From Candidatus Cloacimonadota bacterium (lineage in GTDB: Bacteria > Cloacimonadota > Cloacimonadia > Cloacimonadales > Cloacimonadaceae), in NCBI GenBank assembly GCA_023392795.1, contig JAEWNJ010000115.1, forward strand, positions 10,952 to 74,951: DNA of 64,000 bases, given 5' to 3'. The translations under genes were made by a program, and so were the position numbers. Below the pieces are notes generated by a model. The model did no database searches, was not told the origin of the DNA, and worked only from the letters and a program-made list of their open reading frames with translations. Below, in pieces: positions 28,321 to 42,306 of this stretch; position 1 is the stretch's first letter, and the number at the start of each line of letters is the position of its first letter.

Positions 28321-29567
28321 AGCTGAGTAAGCAGCTCTTCGGCTGGATGATGTATGACTTTGCCAATAGTGCTTTTACCACCATCATCGTAACTGTGGTA
28401 TACAGCGTGTATTTCATCAATAGCGTGGTGGGGGGAGAAGCAGGATACGGAGAAATGCTGTGGGGGAGAGCCATCGGTATCTCAATGACCATGGTCGCGC
28501 TGACCGCTCCGATTCTTGGGGCTGTGGCAGATTTTTCCCGTTCCAAGAAGAAGTTCCTCTTTATAAATTGCTATCTTACTGTGATTTTCACAGCTTTGCT
28601 CTACTATGTCGGTCCCGGACAGATAACCAGAGGGATGATCTTCTTCATCATTGCCAATTTTGGATTTAACTCTGCCAATGTGTTTTACGACTCATTCTTA
28701 CCCGAGATCACTACGCCCGATAATATCGGGAAGATATCTGGATATGGTTGGGCTTTGGGCTATCTGGGGGGACTGCTGTCCCTTGTCCTGTCGCTTGTAT
28801 TGATCAATTATGATGTGCGCTGGGTTTTCCCGATGATATCTCTGCACTTCTTCATCTTCAGCCTATTCACTTTTGTGTGGCTGAAGGAAGTGCGATTGCC
28901 CTCAAAACGGACGAACTATCTGAAGGTCGCCTACAAAAGGGTATATGGCTCTTTGAAGAATATCCGCCAATACCCTCAATTGCTGAAGTTTATCCTCAGC
29001 TATTTCATCTATAATGACGGAATCACCACAGTGATCGCCTTTGCCTCCATATATGGCATCACGCGATTTGGGATGGATACCAGGGCCATGTTGATCTACT
29101 TCATCCTGGCGCAGCTCACATCGATCATTGGTTCTGCCGCTTTTGGCTGGTTAACCGATCGGAAGGGAGTGAAGCTATCGCTTTCCATCTCGCTAAGTAT
29201 ATGGTTGGCAGTAGTCTTGTGGGCATTCTTTTGCTCCAGTGCCCGTGAATATTACTATGTGGGGCTGCTAGCCGGATTGGCGATCGGGAGTTCACAAGCC
29301 AACAGCCGCACTATGCTGTCCATGCTTACTCCCACAGAGCGCGAGGCGGAATTCTTCGGTTTTTATACCTTGACAGGCAGGCTGTCCTCAATTATTGGAC
29401 CTATATTGTATGGATGGATTGCCCTAAAAACTGGTGATATCCGCTATTCCATCCTTACTTTGATCTTGTTCTTTGGCCTTGGCTTGGTTTTGTTACAGTT
29501 TGTGGACCCTCAGAAGGGTCTTTCCAATGCCAGAACCCACACTCATAAGCACATGGAGGAAACATGA
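28317..29567 (+). CDS. MFS transporter, UMF1/Atg22-like family
   Basis: WMMYDFANSAFTT N-terminal motif and about 12 hydrophobic segments. ATG 28317 overlaps the recF stop. Confidence 0.7.
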   Translation: MKLSKQLFGWMMYDFANSAFTTIIVTVVYSVYFINSVVGGEAGYGEMLWGRAIGISMTMVALTAPILGAVADFSRSKKKFLFINCYLTVIFTALLYYVGPGQITRGMIFFIIANFGFNSANVFYDSFLPEITTPDNIGKISGYGWALGYLGGLLSLVLSLVLINYDVRWVFPMISLHFFIFSLFTFVWLKEVRLPSKRTNYLKVAYKRVYGSLKNIRQYPQLLKFILSYFIYNDGITTVIAFASIYGITRFGMDTRAMLIYFILAQLTSIIGSAAFGWLTDRKGVKLSLSISLSIWLAVVLWAFFCSSAREYYYVGLLAGLAIGSSQANSRTMLSMLTPTEREAEFFGFYTLTGRLSSIIGPILYGWIALKTGDIRYSILTLILFFGLGLVLLQFVDPQKGLSNARTHTHKHMEET

Positions 29568-30625
29568 CAAGAAACATAATACTCATCGGTATGCTCGTTC
29601 TATTGAGCTTCACGCTTGCTTTGAGCGGATGCGCAAAAAGCAAAGAAACCCTGTATATATTCAATTGGAGCGATTACATCGATCCAGACATCATCAGCGA
29701 GTTTGAGGCTGCCAATAACTGCCGCATCAAATACAGCACCTTCGATTCCAATGAAAACATGCTTACCAAGGTAAAGAGCACCACAGAATCCTTCGATCTA
29801 ATCTTTCCCAGTGGGGATCACGTAAGCATCCTCCGGGAACTGGATATGCTGGAAGAATTGGACAGAAGCAAGCTGCAAAACTACCCGAACCTGGATCCTT
29901 CACTCCTGGCCAAAGCAGCGTCATTTGACCAGGGCAATAAATACTCAATCCCCTACGCTTGGGGGCTGACGGGATTGCTGTACAACAAAGAGTATGTCCC
30001 TCAGGAGATCGTTGCCTCTGGTGGCTGGAATGTGCTGGCAGATTCCTTCTTTGATGGCAAAAACAAGATCACCATGCTCGACGACGCTCGTGAAGTGATC
30101 GGCGCTGCCCTGATCTACAGCGGCTATTCCTTGAACGATACATCCGAAGCCGCCATGAAAGCCGCGCATGAGGTTTTGAAGGTATGGGATCGCAATATCA
30201 CTCAGTTTGACAGCGATTCTTACAAGAATGAAGTCCCCGATGGCACTACCTGGCTGGCTCAGGCATACAACGGCGACGCCCTGCAGCAGATGGCAGAAAA
30301 TGAAAACCTCGGCTTTTTCCTGCCCAAGGAGGGATCTGCCATGTGGATGGATAACATCGTGATGCTCAAATCCTCAAAGGCCAAAGACCTCGCATACAAG
30401 TTCATCGACTTCATGCTGGATGCTGAAATCGCTAAACGCAATGCCGAGTACACTCAGTACGCCACTCCAAACAAGGCTGCTCTCCAGCTCCTGGGTGAGG
30501 AGTTTCAGGCTAATCCTCTGATCAATCCAGATCCTGCTTATCTCCAGAAATGCACCATGATCGAGTATCTGGGGGAAGCTGTGAAGAGCATCGATCAGAT
30601 CTACGAAGCTATAAAACTAAACTAA
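29564..30625 (+). CDS. PotD-like polyamine (spermidine/putrescine) ABC substrate-binding lipoprotein, orphan
   Basis: Lipobox LALSGC. The [12 protein letters not shown] start is typical of PotD/PotF. ATGA overlap with the MFS gene. No potABC nearby. Confidence 0.7.
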   Translation: MTRNIILIGMLVLLSFTLALSGCAKSKETLYIFNWSDYIDPDIISEFEAANNCRIKYSTFDSNENMLTKVKSTTESFDLIFPSGDHVSILRELDMLEELDRSKLQNYPNLDPSLLAKAASFDQGNKYSIPYAWGLTGLLYNKEYVPQEIVASGGWNVLADSFFDGKNKITMLDDAREVIGAALIYSGYSLNDTSEAAMKAAHEVLKVWDRNITQFDSDSYKNEVPDGTTWLAQAYNGDALQQMAENENLGFFLPKEGSAMWMDNIVMLKSSKAKDLAYKFIDFMLDAEIAKRNAEYTQYATPNKAALQLLGEEFQANPLINPDPAYLQKCTMIEYLGEAVKSIDQIYEAIKLN

Positions 30626-30635
30626 AGGATATTTC

Positions 30636-32414
30636 ATGGACAATCTCGGCTCACTTACCCGCAGCCATTACAGCACTGAGCTTAGCGTAAAGAACATTGA
30701 TCAAAAGGTAACCCTGATGGGTTGGGTGCACCGTCGCAGAGATCTCGGCGGTCTCATCTTCATCGACCTCAGAGACGTAAAAGGGATCATCCAGATCGTT
30801 ATTCACCCCGAAGACAAGGATATATTCAGCAAAGCAGAGAAGGTGCGCAATGAATACGTGCTAGCCGTCACCGGCACTCTGGCGATGCGTTCTGAAGGCA
30901 ATGTAAACGCACAAATGCGCACGGGTGAAATCGAGGTGATTGGGGAAGAAATACACATATTGAACGATACCCTCCCCCTACCCATCCAGATCGATGGCAG
31001 TGCCATGGCTGATGAGGATCTACGGCTTACCTACAGATACCTGGACCTGCGTCGCCCAAAACTGCAGCAGATCTTGATCACCCGTGCCAAAGTGACCAGT
31101 CTGATGCGCCGCTTTCTGGACGCGGAAGGCTTTTACGAGATTGAAACTCCGATGTTGATGAAAAGCACTCCTGAGGGCGCCAGAGACTATCTGGTGCCCA
31201 GCAGGGTGCATCCGGGCAAGTTCTATGCCCTTCCCCAATCCCCCCAGATTTTTAAGCAACTGCTGATGATCTCCGGCTTTGACCGTTATTATCAGATTGC
31301 CCGCTGTTTCAGAGATGAAGATTTGCGTGCTGACAGGCAGCCGGAATTTACCCAATTGGATATAGAACTTTCCTTTACCAATCAGGAACAGATCTTCGAT
31401 CTCCTGGAAAGGCTAATGGCAGCCATCTTCAAAGAGATCCTGGGTCAAGACTTAGCCACGCCTTTCCCTCGTTTGAGCTATGATGAAGCCATGAATCGTT
31501 TCGGCTGCGATAAGCCAGACTTGCGTTTTGGGCTGGAGCTTGTAGACCTTTCTGATATCCTTTCTGCCAGTGAGTTTCAGGTCTTCAAGAGTTGTCTGGA
31601 GACAGGCGGCAGGATCAAAGCTATCGCCATTCCAGGGGGAGCAAGCTATTCCCGCAAGCAGCAGGATGAGATGGTGAACCTTGCCAAACACTTGGGCGGC
31701 AAGGGAGTAGCCTTTGCGAAAGTGGCAGAAGCAAATCTTGAATCCGGGATTGCCAAGTTCCTCAGCCCTGTCGAAGCCGGAGCTATGATCGAAGCTTGTA
31801 AGGCCAAGCCTGGTGATCTTCTGGCCATAGTGGCCGATGAATGGGATATCTGTTGCAAGGTGCTCGCGGGATTGCGTAATCAATTGGGAACTGAACTGAA
31901 GCTATACGATCCTGCGTCCTTTGCTTTCTGCTGGATCACCGATTTCCCGCTTTTCAACTGGGACAAGGACAACCAGCGCTGGGAACCCGCGCATCACATG
32001 TTCACTTTACCCAAGGAAGAACACGTGCCATACTTTGACGATCCCGCAAAGATCGGTGATATCCAGGGTCAGCTTTACGACATGGTCTGCAACGGTATGG
32101 AGCTTTCCAGCGGTAGCATCCGTTGTCACCGTTACGACATCCAGAGGAAGATTTTCGATGTGTTGGGATTTGAAGAAACCGAGCTGAAACGCCGTTTCGG
32201 CTTTTTCCTCGATGCCTTGAAATACGGTACTCCTCCTCACGGCGGCATCGCACCTGGTTTGGACCGTCTGATCATGATCCTCACACAAGCCGAATCCATT
32301 CGCGACGTGATCGCTTTCCCCAAGACTCTGAGAGCCACAGACCTGATGAATCAGGCACCGGGCGAGGTGGACGATATCCAGTGGAAAGAACTGCATCTGA
32401 AGTTCGACGAATAA
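30636..32414 (+). CDS. aspS: aspartate--tRNA ligase
   Basis: OB-fold N-terminus ([19 protein letters not shown]). Class II motifs [18 protein letters not shown] and [10 protein letters not shown]. Confidence 0.95.
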   Translation: MDNLGSLTRSHYSTELSVKNIDQKVTLMGWVHRRRDLGGLIFIDLRDVKGIIQIVIHPEDKDIFSKAEKVRNEYVLAVTGTLAMRSEGNVNAQMRTGEIEVIGEEIHILNDTLPLPIQIDGSAMADEDLRLTYRYLDLRRPKLQQILITRAKVTSLMRRFLDAEGFYEIETPMLMKSTPEGARDYLVPSRVHPGKFYALPQSPQIFKQLLMISGFDRYYQIARCFRDEDLRADRQPEFTQLDIELSFTNQEQIFDLLERLMAAIFKEILGQDLATPFPRLSYDEAMNRFGCDKPDLRFGLELVDLSDILSASEFQVFKSCLETGGRIKAIAIPGGASYSRKQQDEMVNLAKHLGGKGVAFAKVAEANLESGIAKFLSPVEAGAMIEACKAKPGDLLAIVADEWDICCKVLAGLRNQLGTELKLYDPASFAFCWITDFPLFNWDKDNQRWEPAHHMFTLPKEEHVPYFDDPAKIGDIQGQLYDMVCNGMELSSGSIRCHRYDIQRKIFDVLGFEETELKRRFGFFLDALKYGTPPHGGIAPGLDRLIMILTQAESIRDVIAFPKTLRATDLMNQAPGEVDDIQWKELHLKFDE

Positions 32415-34234
32415 TTACTCTTAGCAGTGGTCATTCCCGGGGGTCAAATCTCCTGGCAATACATCGCTATATCCAGGAAAATGCGCTGCCGATAGTGCTG
32501 CACTCTGCCGTGTTTACCTCTTCTAAAGCTCCTGCTGTGGCTGAATGCTTACAGCGGGGGATCCCTACCAGAGTGATATCGGCAAGGGATATGCGCTGCT
32601 TTGAGACTGAATTGCTTAGCCTGATAAAGAATCAAGAGATTTCTCTGATCGCTCTGTGCGGCTTCATGAAGCTGCTCTCAGCCGATTTCATTGCAGCCTG
32701 CGGCATCCCAATCTTGAACATCCATCCCGCCCTCCTGCCTAAATATGGCGGTGTCGGGATGTATGGATCAAGGGTGCACGAAGCCGTGTTTACTGCGGGT
32801 GAGCAACGTTCCGGTGCCACGGTCCATTTGGCGGATCCAGTCTATGATCACGGTAGGATCCTGGCGCAGAAGAGCGTTGATATCACAGAGTGTAAGACCC
32901 ATGAAGAGATAGGGGCAACCGTGTTACAGGTGGAGCATTTCCTCTATCCCCGCACGATTGCGGCCCTTTTGGACAAGCATCCCCTCCGGGTAGCGATCAA
33001 CACTTTGGGTTGTAAGACCAATTTCTATGAATCGGCTGCGATCTTCGAGAGCTTTCATCAGGCTACCCTGGTGGACTTTGGTTGTCCAGCAGATGTCTAT
33101 GTGATAAACACTTGCTCAGTGACCAATCGTTCAGATTACAAGAGCCGCAATCTGATCCGTAAGGCGCTGGCTGCCAAGGATCAGAATCCTCTTACCAAGG
33201 TCATTGTAACGGGTTGTTTTGCGCAAAGATCCCGTGACGAAATCATGGCCTTGGGCGATGTGGACTACGTAGTGGATAACCAAAGTAAGCTCGACATAGC
33301 CAATCTCTTGAGCGGGACGGAATTGCCCTGGCAGGATATCATGTTGGCAGAGGATTTTGTCTACCGTCCAGTCACCAATATGCTCAGTCATACTCGCGCT
33401 TTTCAGAAGATACAGGATGGCTGCGATTTTTACTGCGCATACTGCGCCGTTCCCTATGGCCGTGGTCACAGCCGTAGCGCGCGTTTTACCGAGGTCGTGG
33501 AACAGGCTCGCTTGTTCACAGAGGCTGGATTCAAAGAGATTGTCCTGGGGGGAGTAAATCTGGGGCTTTATCGCGATGGGACAAAGGATCTTGCCGACGT
33601 TGTGAAAGCTCTCAGCGAGATTGAAGCTCTAAAGATGATCCGGATATCATCTATCGAGCCTCAATTGCTCAATGGTGATCTGCTGGGAAGGCTACGGGGA
33701 ATAACCAAGCTCTGCCCGCATTTCCACATCCCTCTGCAGAGTGGATCGGATAGCATTCTACAACGCATGGGGCGACGTTATGATACAGCTCTGATCAGGG
33801 GGTTGGTCTCGGATATTCTTAGTTCATTTCCCCATGCCGCCATCGGTTTTGACGTGATCACCGGATTCCCTGGTGAAAGTGAAGAGCTTTTCGAGGAAAC
33901 CAGGGCATTCCTACTCAGTTTACCTATCGCCTATCTCCATGTATTCGCCTATTCACGCCGCAGGGGAACTCCGGCGGACACGATGCCAGGCCAAGTGGCA
34001 AACATGGAAAAGAATCGGCGTAGTAAGATCCTCGGTACGCTCAGCGAAGCCAAGAAAACTCAATATAGGGATTTGTTGCTGGCTAACGACGTGGAACTAA
34101 GCGGAATAGTGGAAACCAATAACGAAATGCTTAGCGATCACTACCTGAGAGTGAAGCTGCCGTTCGTAGCTGCCCAAGGGGATTACCAGGTCCATAAAGC
34201 TTCAGAACTGGAGTTCATTCTCCAGGGCAATTAG
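32381..34234 (+). CDS. single ORF fusing a PurN-like formyltransferase domain (aa 10-195) to an MtaB-type radical-SAM methylthiotransferase (aa 203-617)
   Basis: N-terminus has [25 protein letters not shown] and [21 protein letters not shown]-terminus has [13 protein letters not shown] and the radical-SAM cluster CDFYCAYC. No stop codon lies between the two parts. Confidence 0.7.
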   Translation: MERTASEVRRIITLSSGHSRGSNLLAIHRYIQENALPIVLHSAVFTSSKAPAVAECLQRGIPTRVISARDMRCFETELLSLIKNQEISLIALCGFMKLLSADFIAACGIPILNIHPALLPKYGGVGMYGSRVHEAVFTAGEQRSGATVHLADPVYDHGRILAQKSVDITECKTHEEIGATVLQVEHFLYPRTIAALLDKHPLRVAINTLGCKTNFYESAAIFESFHQATLVDFGCPADVYVINTCSVTNRSDYKSRNLIRKALAAKDQNPLTKVIVTGCFAQRSRDEIMALGDVDYVVDNQSKLDIANLLSGTELPWQDIMLAEDFVYRPVTNMLSHTRAFQKIQDGCDFYCAYCAVPYGRGHSRSARFTEVVEQARLFTEAGFKEIVLGGVNLGLYRDGTKDLADVVKALSEIEALKMIRISSIEPQLLNGDLLGRLRGITKLCPHFHIPLQSGSDSILQRMGRRYDTALIRGLVSDILSSFPHAAIGFDVITGFPGESEELFEETRAFLLSLPIAYLHVFAYSRRRGTPADTMPGQVANMEKNRRSKILGTLSEAKKTQYRDLLLANDVELSGIVETNNEMLSDHYLRVKLPFVAAQGDYQVHKASELEFILQGN

Positions 34235-35376
34235 TTCGTTAAGGATCCTGTTCTTCCAAGGCGGATTCCAAAATCTCCGTCTGCAGAGTGCATGGGCAAT
34301 CCAATGCAGCGGATTCTAAGCAGGCAGCCATAGTTGTCACTTTGCCATCCGGCACCCTTAACAGATCTATGGGTTCCTGTGTTTGCGCCATGTGGGTTTG
34401 TGTAGCTGCCGTAACTTCCTGTGCTGTAAATATCCCAACACCATTCATACACATTCCCCGTCATATCAAACAAACCCAGTTCATTGGGCGCTTTGTTCCC
34501 AACTGGGTGAACCCCATGATCAGAGTGCCCGGGGGGCATAAGGTATGAATTTTGATCATACCAGGCAACATCATCCAGGATGTTACTCCCGCTGTATGTA
34601 TATCCAAGGGATGAAGCCCCACCCCTGCCGGCATACAGCCACTCCAATTCGCTAAGTAGCCTGTAGCCATTAACATCCCAGTTACATTGGATGAGCGTAT
34701 GATTGCTGTTCTGTAAATTCCAACCTACTGGCCAATCATCCACATCTGTTCCGTAAGCCTCGTAAGAATAGCAAGGTGTGAATCCCTCCAGCGCACTTCT
34801 GCGGTTGCAATACTCTATTGCCTTGTACCAGTCCACATTATACACGGGAAAATCTGGTCCCGTATTGTAGCCATGCGAGGGATTCTCACGCATGACATAT
34901 TCGTAACTGCCTTGAGTAACCTCATACTTGCTAACATAGTAGTCTGACAGTGTATAGTAGTTGCCATCGACAAAAATTTCCCCAGCTGGGATATATACAA
35001 AATTGCTGTCGACATTATAAGTACCTGTTGCAATTACTCGAAACAAGTATGAAGTACCATCAAGTATGTAATTTTCCAATCCTGCGTCCCATTCGATATG
35101 CTTGTTCTCTCCCGGCATGACTCCATTACCGATATCACCATACAAAAGGCTACGTGTAGGGATCAGATTGAAATCGATGCCCCCATTGCTGGATAATGCG
35201 AGACTTACGGTGCAACTATCCATGAAGTTCAGATCATAATAGATATCAATAATCTTGCTACCATCAGTGCGCTGAGAGGCCTCAACGTTGAATACGACAG
35301 GAGCCTGTGCGTTCAACATGGCACCGAAAATCCAGAATAGTATGGGGAGCATGCTGTACATTATGTGTCTCTTCAT
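34231..35376 (-). CDS. secreted protein with FGE-sulfatase (SUMF1/C-type-lectin-fold) domain
   Basis: Signal peptide. YVSKYEVTQGSYEYVM, VAWYDQNS, NELGLFDMTGNVYEWCWD and RSVKGAGW are hallmark FGE-sulfatase motifs. Confidence 0.75.
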   Translation of the reverse strand: MKRHIMYSMLPILFWIFGAMLNAQAPVVFNVEASQRTDGSKIIDIYYDLNFMDSCTVSLALSSNGGIDFNLIPTRSLLYGDIGNGVMPGENKHIEWDAGLENYILDGTSYLFRVIATGTYNVDSNFVYIPAGEIFVDGNYYTLSDYYVSKYEVTQGSYEYVMRENPSHGYNTGPDFPVYNVDWYKAIEYCNRRSALEGFTPCYSYEAYGTDVDDWPVGWNLQNSNHTLIQCNWDVNGYRLLSELEWLYAGRGGASSLGYTYSGSNILDDVAWYDQNSYLMPPGHSDHGVHPVGNKAPNELGLFDMTGNVYEWCWDIYSTGSYGSYTNPHGANTGTHRSVKGAGWQSDNYGCLLRIRCIGLPMHSADGDFGIRLGRTGSLTN

Positions 35377-36122
35377 CGCTGTAACCTCAAAGCCTTATCC
35401 TGTCGGGTCATTTCCTGAGGCTCCATGAGAATCGGATCGCAAAGGGGAGAGGGTACATCCGGGACGTAGGCATACACTTTGTAAAAGAGTCTGTCCCAAT
35501 GTTCCAAGGCTTTAATGTGAACACATGAGCAACCTTCCGTAACGTTCTCCAAAAGGTAGAAACTACTATCGTCGGTGGGAGACATCTCGCTGTAGTATAC
35601 CTTATACCCCTGCACCTGTATGTCCTGTCCAAAGCTTCCCTGGTTTACTGGTGTCCAGGAGATTTGCATATCGGTGGGATTAATAGCATGGAGTACCATA
35701 TCCTGTGGGGGAAGCGGAATCAAGGGACCTATGATGAAGCTTTCAGAGCTGGTGCACGCACCAACATTGCCAAAGCTGTCGTGGGTCACAACCTTGATCA
35801 TTGCATTTTCTATCGTCTCATTAGGACTCGTCCATACATAGCTGTTACCTTCACCATATCCTAAGACTATTGGGGAATAAACATCACCTCCGTCAACAGA
35901 TAGATAAATATCTGTGCTATTTTCTGCCAGATTCTGTTCAGTGACATTCCATACGATTTCCAAGGGGAAACCCTGCTGTATAAAACCTTGATCAAGGGGA
36001 TACAATATCTGAACTACAGGGTCTTTGGTATCGCCTATGAACACATTTGAGTGGGCAAACCCGGTCAAAGCAGACAAGCCAGTCAGTGCCAGCAAAAATG
36101 TAACTGTTAACGTACCTTTCAT
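35373..36122 (-). CDS. secreted protein with Ig-like and fibronectin type III-like domains
   Basis: Signal peptide. FN3-like segment PPQDMVLHAINPTDMQISWTPV...GYKVYY. 4-nt overlap with the downstream FGE-domain gene. Confidence 0.5.
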   Translation of the reverse strand: MKGTLTVTFLLALTGLSALTGFAHSNVFIGDTKDPVVQILYPLDQGFIQQGFPLEIVWNVTEQNLAENSTDIYLSVDGGDVYSPIVLGYGEGNSYVWTSPNETIENAMIKVVTHDSFGNVGACTSSESFIIGPLIPLPPQDMVLHAINPTDMQISWTPVNQGSFGQDIQVQGYKVYYSEMSPTDDSSFYLLENVTEGCSCVHIKALEHWDRLFYKVYAYVPDVPSPLCDPILMEPQEMTRQDKALRLQR

Positions 36123-36378
36123 GCATATCCTCTTCTACTATTTCCTATATACCACCAGTCAAACATATCAGTATTATCTGTCAAGAACTAATTTTGATGG
36201 CTTCTCCTGCCAGGATTCACACAAAAGTGAGCAGGACTGGTCTTTGACCCCTTCATACCATGTTTGAAGATTCAATCCTGGTCCCATCAGCAAGGATACT
36301 GCATGTGAGTGGTGAGTGTTCCGGCAAACGATGTAGATCTAATCGGGATTGCAGAGACTCACTGATACTTTATGCACT

Positions 36379-36477
36379 CTTCTGGCTCACTCGCAACCAT
36401 CAAGCCTCTTGGACTCCTCCCACGTGGGAGGGAAGAGGAATGCGGGAGAGTGGAAAGTGGCCAGAAAGCCAGCAGAT
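36379..36477. repeat. 99-nt structured element, copy A (inverted relative to copy B at 59319-59417)
   Basis: Gap-free 99-nt alignment to the reverse complement of copy B, 74/99 identical by hand count. Three helices are kept by compensatory changes (see findings). Confidence 0.75.
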
Positions 36478-36505
36478 AGTACTGCTTTTGGGAAAACAAA
36501 TTGCC

Positions 36506-37225
36506 TCACAAAGCGTTTTGAATGTGCTCTTTTAGAATTCTCTGGCTGTGTTCATCCAGCCGGTTATCCACCTGAAAACTTGCCACAAAGAGCCCATCCT
36601 TCATCACTTCGATGCGGTCGGAAAGCTTGATGGCTTCGTCGATATCGTGGGTAACCAGGATGATGGCCAGCGACAGATTGTGAACCACTTCACCCAGCCA
36701 GTCCTGTAACCCGCTGCGAGTGATGGCATCGAGGTTTGCCAGGGGTTCATCCAACAGCAGCACTTTACTGCCGGTCATGTAGGTGCGTGCCAGAGCAGCC
36801 CTTTGGCGCAAGCCACCGGAGAGTTGCCAGGGAAGATGATCGGCATAGCTTTCTAGACCGAAAACCGGCAGCAATCTGGCTGCTTTCTCTCTTTCGATGT
36901 GGATGTTCTTGCCTTGCACTCTGACGGGAAGCAGAATGTTATCGATCGTCTTCAGCCAGGGGAAGAGGAGATCATCCTGGGGCATGTATCCCAGGATGCC
37001 CGCCTTGCCGGTTACCATTTGAGAATCGTAAAAGATGTCACCGCTGTCGGGAAGACTAATTCCCGACAGCAGTTCCAATAACGTGGATTTTCCACAGCCG
37101 CTGGCACCCACAATACTGATGAATTCATTTTCTTCCAGCTTCAGATTGATGCCATGCAGCACTTTGCTGAGTTCACCTTTGAAGAGGAATGATTTGTGGA
37201 TGTCTCTGGCTTCGAGGATGGCCAT
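36506..37225 (-). CDS. ABC transporter ATP-binding protein (NitT/TauT-type)
   Basis: Walker A GASGCGKSTLL, signature LSGGLRQR and Walker B LLLDEPLANLD. ATG 37225 overlaps the upstream stop (TAATG). The track start 37321 lies inside the upstream gene. Confidence 0.85.
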   Translation of the reverse strand: MAILEARDIHKSFLFKGELSKVLHGINLKLEENEFISIVGASGCGKSTLLELLSGISLPDSGDIFYDSQMVTGKAGILGYMPQDDLLFPWLKTIDNILLPVRVQGKNIHIEREKAARLLPVFGLESYADHLPWQLSGGLRQRAALARTYMTGSKVLLLDEPLANLDAITRSGLQDWLGEVVHNLSLAIILVTHDIDEAIKLSDRIEVMKDGLFVASFQVDNRLDEHSQRILKEHIQNAL

Positions 37226-38205
37226 TAGTTTCCCAGATACTTGTTTGTATAGGCGTTTTCTATGGAGATGGGATTGTTGATCAGCTTTTCCTGGTCCATC
37301 CAATTGGCGAAGTTGGACCAAACATCGCGATCCTGAAAACCCCAGTATGCAGCATCATTTTGGTACTCTTTAGCCAAATAGTTCATGCTCAGTTTCACTT
37401 GTTCATAATCCAGTTCGGGTACGTTTTTGATCAGGATATCAGCCGCTTTGGCAGGCTCAGCGATGCAATACTCGTAGCCCTTTTTCACTGCGGTCATAAA
37501 CTTTTTGGTAAGCTCCTCATTATCGGCCAGGAACTTCTCGCTGCTGATGATCACCGGCGTGTAGTAGTCAAAGATGGGGTTCAGGTCGCGCAGGGGGATG
37601 TAGTCAATCTCTACGCCACGATGATCTGTAGCCACTCCATCCCAGCCGTAATAAATCCATTCGAAATCGGCATCTTTCCCGATGGTGGAGAAGAAATCAT
37701 AGACTCCGGAGATCACCTGAACTTTATTGAAGTCAGCGCCATTACGCTCCATCACGTTCTTCAAGATGGCGATCTCGGAAGGGCTGTCCCAACTGCCATA
37801 ACGTTTCCCCTCAAAATCTTTGGGGCTCTTGATGTTTGCCGATTTTAGGGACGCAAATCCTGAGGTATTGTGTTGAATCACCGCTGCGATAGAAATCAGC
37901 GGGATACCTTCACTGCGGGCGCGGATCACGTTTTCCTGATAACTGACGCCAAAGTGACTTTTCCCGGTGGCGACGATCTGATCGGTGATATTCTGACCAG
38001 GTTGTTGGATCTGGACATCCAGGCCTTGCTCGGTGAAATGGCCAAGTTCTTTAGCCACGTACAGGCCGGTATGATTGGTATTTGGGGTCCAATCCAGAGT
38101 GATGCTAACTTTCTGCAGTTCCTGCTGATTCTTCTTGCACGAGGGTAAAAGTACCAGAAGCAGGATGGCGATTAAGAACAGAGTTTTCTTCATTTTTGTC
38201 TCCAT
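37225..38205 (-). CDS. NMT1/THI5-like ABC substrate-binding lipoprotein
   Basis: Lipobox LLPSCKK. The ITLDWTPNTNHTGLYVAKELGHF motif is typical of NMT1/ThiY-like binding proteins. Confidence 0.7.
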   Translation of the reverse strand: METKMKKTLFLIAILLLVLLPSCKKNQQELQKVSITLDWTPNTNHTGLYVAKELGHFTEQGLDVQIQQPGQNITDQIVATGKSHFGVSYQENVIRARSEGIPLISIAAVIQHNTSGFASLKSANIKSPKDFEGKRYGSWDSPSEIAILKNVMERNGADFNKVQVISGVYDFFSTIGKDADFEWIYYGWDGVATDHRGVEIDYIPLRDLNPIFDYYTPVIISSEKFLADNEELTKKFMTAVKKGYEYCIAEPAKAADILIKNVPELDYEQVKLSMNYLAKEYQNDAAYWGFQDRDVWSNFANWMDQEKLINNPISIENAYTNKYLGN

Positions 38206-38224
38206 TTGTTATTTATTGATTTAC

Positions 38225-42302
<4,078 letters not shown>

Positions 42303-42306
<4 letters not shown>

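Noticed and set aside
34231-35376. Diversity-generating retroelement, since an FGE-sulfatase/C-type-lectin-fold protein is a common DGR target and an RT is present in the window
   Set aside because: The only RT (7080-8399) sits inside a canonical group II intron with domains V and VI, 27 kb away. I saw no template-repeat copy of the C-terminal coding region of the FGE-domain gene.
36349-36630. ORFs 36349-36630(+) and 59222-59500(-) share the peptide SLLDSSHV, suggesting a small conserved protein
   Set aside because: The similarity is confined to the 99-nt element. The substitutions preserve base pairing rather than codons, and the flanking parts of the ORFs are unrelated. It is interpreted as a nucleic-acid-level element.
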